DNA from: Schizochytrium sp. TIO01
Taxonomy: Eukaryota; Protista; Bigyra: Labyrinthulomycetes
Assembly: GCA_004764695.1 (NCBI GenBank)
Contig: SMSO01000032.1
Span: 6,480,483-6,544,482, forward strand
Direction of reading: 5' to 3'
Length of the DNA stretch: 64,000 nt
Part shown: positions 1-8,657 of the stretch, in pieces
How the letters are laid out: every line of letters begins with the position of its first letter
Position numbering within the stretch: position 1 is the stretch's first letter
The notes under the pieces: model-generated
Database searches by the model: none
What the model was told of the DNA's origin: nothing
Seen by the model: only the letters and a program-made list of their open reading frames with translations
Position numbers and translations under genes: made by a program

Positions 1-1
1 T

Positions 2-3000
2 GTTTTCGCCTACGGTCAGACCGGCTCTGGAAAAACGCACACCATGCTTGGTTCTAACGAGTGCGGTGATCGTCAGGCTGGTCTTATCCCGCGAATCTGT
101 TCTTCTCTTGTGGAGAAGCTTGGCAACCCTGATGACCGCGCCGATGACACTGCGCTTGCACGTGCTGCCTCTACGAGATATACTTTGGAGGCTTCCTATC
201 TCGAAATTTACAACGAGAAGTGTATTGATTTACTCACTCCCATGGATCGCCGCCCAAAGGCGTCCCAGCCGGATGAACCAACAAATTTGCGCGTTCGTGA
301 GCACCCAAAGCGTGGACCATATGTTGAAGATCTTACAATCTTGCCGGTGCGCTCCATGGACGACATTAAGCGTATGATGCATATTGGTGCCAAAGCTCGC
401 ACAACTGCTGCTACGAACATGAATAATACCTCAAGTCGTAGTCACGCCATCTTCACGCTTGTATTTACCCAGACAAATATTGCTAGTGATTTATGCAGTG
501 CAACTGACACCAGTTCAAAGATTAACCTTGTAGATCTCGCTGGTTCTGAACGAGTTGGAGCAAGTGGCGTACAAGGCAAACACCTCAAGGAAGCCGCGAA
601 TATCAATCGTTCTCTGCATACCTTGGGCCGTGTCATCAGCGCCCTTTCCCGTGCAAAAGAATCCTCAAACGGGGGGCGTCTCTCTATATTTAGTACTCCG
701 GGCAGTAATCCTGGAACACCGCAATCTGCTGGAGGGCGTGCTTCTACTGGGGGAAGTCGCGAAGTAATTCCGTACCGCGATTCAACTCTGACTTGGCTTC
801 TAAAACCTTCTCTTGGTGGTAACTCTCGTACAACCATGTTGGCTACCATCAGTCCTGCTAATTACAACTATGAAGAATCCCTTACGACACTTCGTTACGC
901 ACAAGACTGCTCCCGAGTTATTAATCGCGCCATTATTAATCGTGATTCCAACAATGAGGTCATCGCTGAGCTTCGAATTGAAATTGATCTCTTGCGTCAG
1001 CGTCTTGCAGTGCAGACTGAAACAAGTGCGCAAATGGCCAACCTTAACGAGGAGCTTCAGCAGCACAAACGGGCTGTAGAGATCGAAAACATTGAGTCCA
1101 AAAAGCTTATTGAGAAAGTTGGCCAACGATACCTGAATGAACTAAAGGAGAAAGAAACAATATGGGAGCGTGATCGCAAGACATTTGAGGTCCAGTGTCG
1201 AGAGAAAGCAGCCCATATTACCACACTAGAAGAGCAGCTCAAGTCCCTGGAAGATGACTTGGATACAACTCGTAGAGTTAAAGAGGACCTTGAAGATGCT
1301 CGAGATGCACTTGATGCAAAGGTACGCGAGCAAGCTGAACAAGCTACGAAGCATATCGAGGCTATTAAGTGGGGAGAACAGCAGCTCGAGAAACGTGGAG
1401 AGTCATTAAAGGCTCGTGAACAGGAACTTCAAGAGACCAAACAAGAACTTGACCAAACACGTCAGAATGCAGCCGCTGAGAAGGCAGAACTTGAACACAA
1501 GCTTCGTGATAATGAGAACGCAAGAGAAAGCCTCATGATCGATCTCGACCAGCTCCGCGACGCAACTGCAAAAGAGAAGAACCGGCTTACCAAGAACCTT
1601 GAAAGCATTAGTAGTGCAAAGGCTCAGCTAGAGGATGAGCTGAGCTTAAGTCGTCAGGATAATGCAAACCTTAATGAGAAGGTTGAGCATCTCGATGCTG
1701 CTCTTCAAGATGCAAAGGCACGGATCGAGTCTCTCGAGGATGAGCGCTCTTCACTTTTGTCTACCCTCGATGAGGAAAAGGCTTCTTTGAAACGGTCTGA
1801 ATGTCAACTTGCTGACTTGACTGAGAAGTTTAATCAAATGCAATCCGAAATGCAGGAAAAGATGAAGAACTTGTGCGCTCAAATCAGTGACCTCGAGCAC
1901 ACGCTCAAAGAGACCACAGAAGCTAAGGCAGAACTCGATAGAAACCTTCAAGAAGAGAAAAAGCATCACCAGGAGGCAATCTCGTCGGCAGAAGAAGAAC
2001 AAGCAGCCAAAGAAGCCAAAGCACAAGAACTTGCAGACCTCCAGGCAACAACAAATGCCAGAATTTCCGAACTTGACGACAACGTGTCTCAACTTACCAG
2101 CACAAAGGCAAAACTAGAGAGTGATTTGTCTGAGGCATCGCAAAATATTTTAGACGTCGAAGAGAAAGTTGCCCAGCTTTCAATCAATCTTGAAAACCTA
2201 AAGCAAGAGCTAGCTGAAGTACAAACCTCGGGTAAGGAAGAGCGTAGTATGCTTCAGGCCAATGTAGATGAACTTGCCCAGCAGAAATCGACTCTCGAAG
2301 ACCAAGTCGATCAACTTCGTCAGTCTCTTAAGCAAGAGACCACGCGCTATCACGAAGCGACTGACGAATCCAGTTCTCGTGCAGAGGCAATCGCCGAGCT
2401 TGAGTCAGAGCTTGCTTCATGCAAAGATCACATTCAAACACTAGAGCAGAAACGTGAGGAATTGACAAATAACATTGCCAACTTGGAGCAGGAACTTACA
2501 GGGGAAAAAACTGTTTTAGCCCATGCAAACGAGACAATCTCACAGAGAGACTTAACAATCAGCTCTTTGGAAGATCAATTGCAGGCAACAAAGGATGAGC
2601 TTCGGGCTACTCAAGAGTCGAAGTCCGAGCTTGAAGCAACTGCAGCGCAGCTTCAAAGCAACCTGGACCAAGCGAACGAGAATCTTGCCGAAGCCAACGC
2701 CACGGTTGCTGAAAAGGCATCTACAATTGCGACACTTGAAAGTCAAATTAGTACTCTTGAAGAGTCCCAAAACCAGCTTGAGATCGAACTTTCAGAAGCA
2801 AAGGAGACCATTGTAGTGAAGAATAATGAGATCGAGGGCCTTGAAGCCCAGGTTGCGTCTCTTGAGGACAAATCCAACTCTCTGGAAAACCAGTTGTCTG
2901 AAGCTAACGAGTCCATTACTAATAAACAGTCAAATGTAATCTCTTTAGAGGATCAAGTGGGAGCTTTGGAAGAGCAAGCATCGTCTCTTGAAGACAAGGT

Positions 3001-6000
3001 AGCAGCTCTCGAAAGTGAGGGCTCCGCATTGGAAGAGAAGGTTAGTCTTCTGGAGAAAGAGCGTGACGGTTTGCAAGACAGTTTGGAATCTCAGCGGCAG
3101 GCAATTAGCAACCTAGAGATCATGCGTGACGAGCTCAATACCAAACTCAACAACGTAAGTGAAGAACTCACGCGTACTCAAGAAGAGCTTACGACTCTCC
3201 AAGCTACCTCTGCGAAACTGGAAGCCGACCTTCAGGCCAAAACTGAGGAATGCGTTGCTCTGGAGGAGATGCTTACTGAACTAGAGAACTCAAGCGCGGA
3301 GCGGATTGAAAACCTTCGAACAGAGTCTGCAGCCAAGACAGAGCGCATCAATGAGCTGGAAACAGCCAAGTCCGAGCTTGAGAGTGCGAGGGATGCTCTT
3401 CAAGGAACTGTTGATAAGCAGGTGGCTCAACTTGCTGCCAATCTTGACACAATTCAATCTCACGAGACAACCATATCAGAGCTGGAAACTTGCAAAGCCA
3501 CATTGGAGGCCGAATCTAGCAATAAGCAGAACACGATCTCGATGAGAGATGTTACGATTGTGGAGCTTGAGAAAAACCTTGCTGAGACTAAATCAAGCCT
3601 CGAAACTGAACTCGCGACCACACGACAAGAAGCCAGCGAGAAGCAAGAGGCTCTCAGCAAGGACAAAGTAAATCTCCAAGCAAAGATCGAGGCATGTCAG
3701 CTGGAGATCGACGAGCTTGAAAAAGCCAAGGCAGAAGAGAGTTCTAAATTGTACGACCTAAATGCAAAGCATGAGGAGCTTTCCATCAAGCATACTCAAC
3801 TTGAAGATGAACTAGCAAACTTAAAGAGTCACCACGAGGACTCTCTTGAGGAAAACAAGGACATGGCTCACAGAATCTCTGAGCTTGAAGCAACCAAGTC
3901 AAGTCTAGAAGATGAGAAGCTTGCCTTAGAAACAGATAAGGCTCAGTTAGAGGAATCTAAGAAGGGTTTAGAGGAGCGTGTTGCAAGTCTCGAAGCTACC
4001 AAGGAGGAGCTCGAAGCCACTAACTTAGCGCTTGAGCAAGCCCGTGCGGATGCCGATGCAAGCCGAGATGAGGCACAGGCTGAAATGTCTCAACTTCAGG
4101 AGGAGATTTCAACTGAACGCGAGGCAATGCAGACACGTGCCGAGGAACTCACCAAGGCAGAGGCCGCTGCTGAGGAGCTTTCAAAGACTTCCCAGGAGCG
4201 TATGGACACAGCCGAAACTCTGGATGCTGAAGCAAAGAAGCTGAAGGAAGAGGTTGACTCACTCAAGCAAGTTTGTGATGAGGAAGGCGAGCGCCAGCGT
4301 GCCAAGGAAGAAGAACTGCGGCAGCTTGCGGCTGATACACAGCGCCGTGAAGATGCCATAAAAGCTCGCATTGAAGCCAATCAGCGTAATGCAAGACGGA
4401 AGTGTCACGAAGAGATGATTTTCCGCAAGGAAACCAAAGAGACCATGGAAAGGATGACCGAAGACCATGCGACCGCCATTGAAACGCTTAAGCAGGAGCA
4501 CGGTTCTACACTCGAAGAAACAACAAATGCACATACTGAAGAAGTCGAGCGTATTCGCTTTGAACATCAAGATTCCATCCAGTCTATCCATCAAGAGCAC
4601 GCTGAAGAGGTAGGACGCATCAACGAAGAACATGCCACCGTTGTTCATCAAACTAGGCAAGAACATGCATTCGAAATTGAGCGCCTTGAAATTGAGCACA
4701 ACGAAGCGATGGAGTCCGTCATGCAGCAACACAAGGGGGAAATGAATCGTCTTCGAAACGAGCACGCAGAATCTCTTCGAAAAGCACAGGAAGAGTATGA
4801 AGATGAGCTCGCACAGCTTCAGCGTGAACATCAGGACGCACTGGAGGCACAGCGCATGGACTTTGCCTTGAGAAAGCAAACTCTAATTGAAACTAATTTG
4901 GACTTGAGACGTCAGCTGGTGGAAGAAAAGGAATGCCGACAGCGAGAAGCCGAGAGGTACTCATCATTGTTTCACAAGGAGGAGTCCGAGATTGAACGCC
5001 AGATCGCTCAAGCTCAGGCCGAAGTGCAGCGTTTGCATTCGAAGCTTCACAGTGCACGTACTGAGCGCCAGATTAGTCAGGATACTATGAAGAGCGCGGA
5101 GGAGAAGCTTCAGGAGCGTGAACACCGCTTGCGTTGCGAAGAGCTCGCGGCGTTTAAACAGTGGCTTGTAAGCACCGGCGTGACCCTTCTCAAGTTTCCT
5201 AGCACTGGAAGAAAACCCCATGCTCGCATTCTTTGTCTTCATCAAACAAAGCGCGGAAATGGCTCCTACGAGCTGATCATGTCCAAGGTTCCATCTTCTA
5301 AGCGCGCCACCTCGGGCGCCCCGGTTGCTGAGAAGCACATTAGACTTGGTGAGATCGATGGTGTATTTTCAGGATGTACTACAGAAATTTTTGCACAGTC
5401 TCTCGCGGAACCCATTGCTGACCAGTGCTTTTCGATTTCCACCAAGGCTCGTACATATGATCTCCAGTGCAGTACCCGCAGCCAGCGCGACAAACTTGTC
5501 AGCGGTCTTCAAATGATGCTCGAAGAACTTGAGGTACCGGAGAAGTTTCACACATCTGATATGCTTCTTGCGCATGCTGTGGATGAGAGCAACCCCATCT
5601 TGCAGCATGGGCAGGCTCAGCAAGAGTTTGCTCAGATGCACCACAAGTATGCTGGTGGAGAGGAAGAAGAAGAGGAAGAGGAAGAAGAGGAAGAGTCCAA
5701 GGATGTTATGGAGGCAAAAGAAGACGAAGATTTTTCGAACAGCATCAGCAATGTAGATACGACTAGCACGAAGGAGGACAATACTGAGATAGTTTATAAT
5801 GATACTATTGTCCAAAACATGAATGAAGAGATTAACCCTGCCATGGAAGATCTTACTGCCTCTGACGAAGAGCGCTTATCATCCGAGATGTCACACGCGA
5901 GCCAAGCTACTGCACGAACCATCGAACAAGAGATTGAAGAAGCAGAGCCACAGCTCCCAGAGAGACCTGTCAAGAGTGATGGCGAAATAATTGCAGTTGG

Positions 6001-6421
6001 GACAGCATCCGAACAACAGCCAAACGAAGAAGAGCAAACGGAGGAGCAGCCTGGGACTTCTACTCAGGAAATCGCATGTGAACACATTGAGAACAAGGCA
6101 CAAGACAATGAGGACGAAGACCTTAATGTTCGCCCCCCCATCCCCCCCAAGCCTACTGTACTTGAGGAGTGTAAAGAGATCGAGGATGAAGCTGCTCAGT
6201 TCTCAAGCTCCAGTCCGGAGATAAACAAATCGTCATCGTCCACAAGCGTTTCCTCTTCAAGCTCGAAGAAGAAGAAGCGCAACAAGCACAAACGCAAGCC
6301 GTCGGGAAACCAATCTATGCCCAACAACATTGCTGCCACGACTTCAGTGGCACCTGAACACCACGCTGCTGGTGGAGGATCCTCTAGCTGGTCCATTTTC
6401 TCCCCATTCTCTAGGAAGTAA
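2..6421 (+). CDS. Kinesin-3-like motor protein, 5'-partial: motor, very long coiled coil, C-terminal PH domain, acidic/Ser-rich tail
   Basis: The frame is open from nt 2 and reads VFAYGQTGSGKTHTM (P-loop), so the ATG at 44 is internal. Motor motifs: switch I NNTSSRSHAIF and switch II LVDLAGSER. Kinesin-3-type motifs: VREHPKRGPYVEDL, PYRDSTLTWLLK.SLGGNSRT and neck AIINRDSNNEVIAELRIEI. More than 1300 aa of E/K/L/Q-rich coiled coil follows. PH-like segment LLKF..GRKPH...CFSI.TKARTYDLQC....RDKLV.GL at ~5150-5530. Confidence 0.93.
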   Translation, partial: VFAYGQTGSGKTHTMLGSNECGDRQAGLIPRICSSLVEKLGNPDDRADDTALARAASTRYTLEASYLEIYNEKCIDLLTPMDRRPKASQPDEPTNLRVREHPKRGPYVEDLTILPVRSMDDIKRMMHIGAKARTTAATNMNNTSSRSHAIFTLVFTQTNIASDLCSATDTSSKINLVDLAGSERVGASGVQGKHLKEAANINRSLHTLGRVISALSRAKESSNGGRLSIFSTPGSNPGTPQSAGGRASTGGSREVIPYRDSTLTWLLKPSLGGNSRTTMLATISPANYNYEESLTTLRYAQDCSRVINRAIINRDSNNEVIAELRIEIDLLRQRLAVQTETSAQMANLNEELQQHKRAVEIENIESKKLIEKVGQRYLNELKEKETIWERDRKTFEVQCREKAAHITTLEEQLKSLEDDLDTTRRVKEDLEDARDALDAKVREQAEQATKHIEAIKWGEQQLEKRGESLKAREQELQETKQELDQTRQNAAAEKAELEHKLRDNENARESLMIDLDQLRDATAKEKNRLTKNLESISSAKAQLEDELSLSRQDNANLNEKVEHLDAALQDAKARIESLEDERSSLLSTLDEEKASLKRSECQLADLTEKFNQMQSEMQEKMKNLCAQISDLEHTLKETTEAKAELDRNLQEEKKHHQEAISSAEEEQAAKEAKAQELADLQATTNARISELDDNVSQLTSTKAKLESDLSEASQNILDVEEKVAQLSINLENLKQELAEVQTSGKEERSMLQANVDELAQQKSTLEDQVDQLRQSLKQETTRYHEATDESSSRAEAIAELESELASCKDHIQTLEQKREELTNNIANLEQELTGEKTVLAHANETISQRDLTISSLEDQLQATKDELRATQESKSELEATAAQLQSNLDQANENLAEANATVAEKASTIATLESQISTLEESQNQLEIELSEAKETIVVKNNEIEGLEAQVASLEDKSNSLENQLSEANESITNKQSNVISLEDQVGALEEQASSLEDKVAALESEGSALEEKVSLLEKERDGLQDSLESQRQAISNLEIMRDELNTKLNNVSEELTRTQEELTTLQATSAKLEADLQAKTEECVALEEMLTELENSSAERIENLRTESAAKTERINELETAKSELESARDALQGTVDKQVAQLAANLDTIQSHETTISELETCKATLEAESSNKQNTISMRDVTIVELEKNLAETKSSLETELATTRQEASEKQEALSKDKVNLQAKIEACQLEIDELEKAKAEESSKLYDLNAKHEELSIKHTQLEDELANLKSHHEDSLEENKDMAHRISELEATKSSLEDEKLALETDKAQLEESKKGLEERVASLEATKEELEATNLALEQARADADASRDEAQAEMSQLQEEISTEREAMQTRAEELTKAEAAAEELSKTSQERMDTAETLDAEAKKLKEEVDSLKQVCDEEGERQRAKEEELRQLAADTQRREDAIKARIEANQRNARRKCHEEMIFRKETKETMERMTEDHATAIETLKQEHGSTLEETTNAHTEEVERIRFEHQDSIQSIHQEHAEEVGRINEEHATVVHQTRQEHAFEIERLEIEHNEAMESVMQQHKGEMNRLRNEHAESLRKAQEEYEDELAQLQREHQDALEAQRMDFALRKQTLIETNLDLRRQLVEEKECRQREAERYSSLFHKEESEIERQIAQAQAEVQRLHSKLHSARTERQISQDTMKSAEEKLQEREHRLRCEELAAFKQWLVSTGVTLLKFPSTGRKPHARILCLHQTKRGNGSYELIMSKVPSSKRATSGAPVAEKHIRLGEIDGVFSGCTTEIFAQSLAEPIADQCFSISTKARTYDLQCSTRSQRDKLVSGLQMMLEELEVPEKFHTSDMLLAHAVDESNPILQHGQAQQEFAQMHHKYAGGEEEEEEEEEEEESKDVMEAKEDEDFSNSISNVDTTSTKEDNTEIVYNDTIVQNMNEEINPAMEDLTASDEERLSSEMSHASQATARTIEQEIEEAEPQLPERPVKSDGEIIAVGTASEQQPNEEEQTEEQPGTSTQEIACEHIENKAQDNEDEDLNVRPPIPPKPTVLEECKEIEDEAAQFSSSSPEINKSSSSTSVSSSSSKKKKRNKHKRKPSGNQSMPNNIAATTSVAPEHHAAGGGSSSWSIFSPFSRK

Positions 6422-8657
6422 CTGATTTTTGATTTTTTTGTGAAGCTCCCTCACCACCCTTGACGCTGCTGGCCTTGACGCCCTGAGTACCAAGACTCGC
6501 TGCCTTCTTCGCTCCGCGCTTTCTATTTCGAGAGCTCTTGCTTACCTTTGACGAAGAAGCTGTTGATGCTGCGTCTGTGTTCTTCTTGGGCACAACTCCA
6601 GGAGGAGGGTTTCCAGCTTCCGCACCTCCTGCTGGTTTTCCTTTCTTCTCGATGACTGCAGTTGAAGTAACAGCAGGCTTCTTCTTTTTGGGTACTCCTC
6701 GCTTTCTGGTCTTTGAGGCACCTCCGACACTTTTGGAGTCTTTACCCGAGATTGAAGCAGGTTTGCTAGTGCTAGTGCTACTAACAGTAACACCAGCAGC
6801 AGCTGCTGCAGCTGCAGCTGCTGCCGCTTTTGCTTTCTTCTGTTTCTTCTTCTCAAGACGTGCCAATTTACGTTTAGAGATCGGTGGTTTGGTTGTAGAT
6901 GCAGTTGCCACTGAAGCAGCTTTAGAAGTGTTCCCTGAAGACAGTGCAGAACCTAACATGGATTTCTTCTGCTTCTTTTGCTTTTTCAGGAGCCTCTTCT
7001 TGGTCTTTTTGGCTTGCTCTGCGAGTAAAAAGCGCAAAAGTGCAGATTCCTCCTGAACAGGTGCTTCTTTGTTGATGTTATCCCCTTCTGAGGCCAATCC
7101 GCCAGAAATAGGTGCTGACGACTGCAAACCTGAAGATGTCTTAGTAGGTGCCGTTGGCGGTTGAGCTGGGCTAGTGATTGCCTCCCCTGTAGTAGTCTCA
7201 GTCAGCGGAAGTGGCCGTCTACCCCCAAGTGCAATAAATGCCTTAAACTCAGGATCGGCCTCTAGCGTGCCACTCACAGGAGTAGGAAACTTGCGTTGCT
7301 TGCTTGTAAGACCACGCCGATTGAGTGCTAGCTGACAAGTGCAAGATACCTTAGCATACCCTTCATCACCCTCCGATAATTTAGCCTTGGCAAATAACCC
7401 AGCCAGCTCTTCAGTGCGCTTCTTTGCGCTGTCTATGTCGTCCTGCGCAGGTTCACCCTCCTGTCTAGCGCCGCTAGCAGCTGCAGAAGCATCGTTATTG
7501 TTGTCGTCCAAGGCGGAGTCTTCTTGATTTTGTGCAGACACGGCTTCATCGTCCTTGTCGTTGCTTTCTCCATGAGCCGCTAGAGGCTTGGCAAGGAAAT
7601 TGTGGCCATCCAATATGCGGCAGAACGAAGTTGCCTTTTGTTCGTCCTCAAAACTTAAGAAAGCAGCTGCAGGTCGCTCTACAGAGGCCTTACCAGGCAC
7701 GAACATGACCAGGTCATATTCTAGGCGATCACCCTCTTTGACATTTTGCAGACGTTGGTCCAGCTGCTGTAAAAATTGCGATGCATCCTGAAAGCACGCC
7801 GGTAATCTCCGCACTGCAACTTTAACACGAGGGAAGATTCCGGTGAGACCTCCGAGACGACGAGAGCCTTTTGTAGAGTCTTTTCCATTTGCCATGCGCT
7901 CCTTTATCTTCTTTAAGAGCTTCTTCTTCTTCTTGAGCTTCTTGAGCTTGTTTTTCTTTTTCTTCTTTGCTGCTGCCGTGAGGTCCGCAGCACTGCTTCC
8001 ACCAGTGGTTGCTTCTCCTGCACTTGCTTTGCCACGCCTTCTGCGTCTTCTAGACTCTTTACGAGCCAACTTTGCCTTCATTTTAGCGCTCAGTGTTGCT
8101 CCTGAAGCTACAGATCCTGTTGCAGCTTGCGATGCTCCTCCTTCGCTGGCCTTAGTTTTAGCTGTTTTCCTCCGTTGTCTTCGGTTCGGCTTGGAGCTTT
8201 CGGTAGCATTCTTAGCGGGCTCCATGTTGGGACTTTTCGCTGTAGCTTTAGAAGTTGTGGGTTTTCTGATTTCTTCATTTCCTACGTCCGTTTTGGAATT
8301 ATCACCGCCATTTTTGGCCTTGTTTGCGGAACTATTATGGACGTTGCCGCTGTTCTTGGCGACGTTCTTGGCGCCGTTCTTGGCGCCGCTGCCACTGCTC
8401 TTAGCGCCATTCGTGGCCTGTGACGATGCTTGCTGAGCTTGTGCTGAGGTATCCTTCGCACCCCGTCTTCCCCTCGAGCGATGTCTCCCTCCGCCCTTGC
8501 TCGTGCCTACGTCGCCTCCGTTTGCCGCCGCAGAGGATGCCTTTGGTGCGCCTTGGGGCTGAGGTTTGCCATTTCCGCGCGCGTCGGACCCGCCAGAGGG
8601 CTTGCTTCCGGAACTTGCGCCACCTCCAGACGAGGTCTGCGCATCTCCCCCGCCCAT
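6411..8657 (-). CDS. UPF3: UPF3/Smg-4 family nonsense-mediated decay factor with Lys-rich low-complexity flanks
   Basis: The RRM-like UPF3 core reads KVAVRRLP...FVPGK...AFLSF......F...LDGHNF, followed by GTLEADPEFKAF (cf. UPF3 GTIEDDP(E/D)Y..F), at ~7240-7830. Intact 748-aa ORF. Confidence 0.8.
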   Translation of the reverse strand: MGGGDAQTSSGGGASSGSKPSGGSDARGNGKPQPQGAPKASSAAANGGDVGTSKGGGRHRSRGRRGAKDTSAQAQQASSQATNGAKSSGSGAKNGAKNVAKNSGNVHNSSANKAKNGGDNSKTDVGNEEIRKPTTSKATAKSPNMEPAKNATESSKPNRRQRRKTAKTKASEGGASQAATGSVASGATLSAKMKAKLARKESRRRRRRGKASAGEATTGGSSAADLTAAAKKKKKNKLKKLKKKKKLLKKIKERMANGKDSTKGSRRLGGLTGIFPRVKVAVRRLPACFQDASQFLQQLDQRLQNVKEGDRLEYDLVMFVPGKASVERPAAAFLSFEDEQKATSFCRILDGHNFLAKPLAAHGESNDKDDEAVSAQNQEDSALDDNNNDASAAASGARQEGEPAQDDIDSAKKRTEELAGLFAKAKLSEGDEGYAKVSCTCQLALNRRGLTSKQRKFPTPVSGTLEADPEFKAFIALGGRRPLPLTETTTGEAITSPAQPPTAPTKTSSGLQSSAPISGGLASEGDNINKEAPVQEESALLRFLLAEQAKKTKKRLLKKQKKQKKSMLGSALSSGNTSKAASVATASTTKPPISKRKLARLEKKKQKKAKAAAAAAAAAAAGVTVSSTSTSKPASISGKDSKSVGGASKTRKRGVPKKKKPAVTSTAVIEKKGKPAGGAEAGNPPPGVVPKKNTDAASTASSSKVSKSSRNRKRGAKKAASLGTQGVKASSVKGGEGASQKNQKSVTS

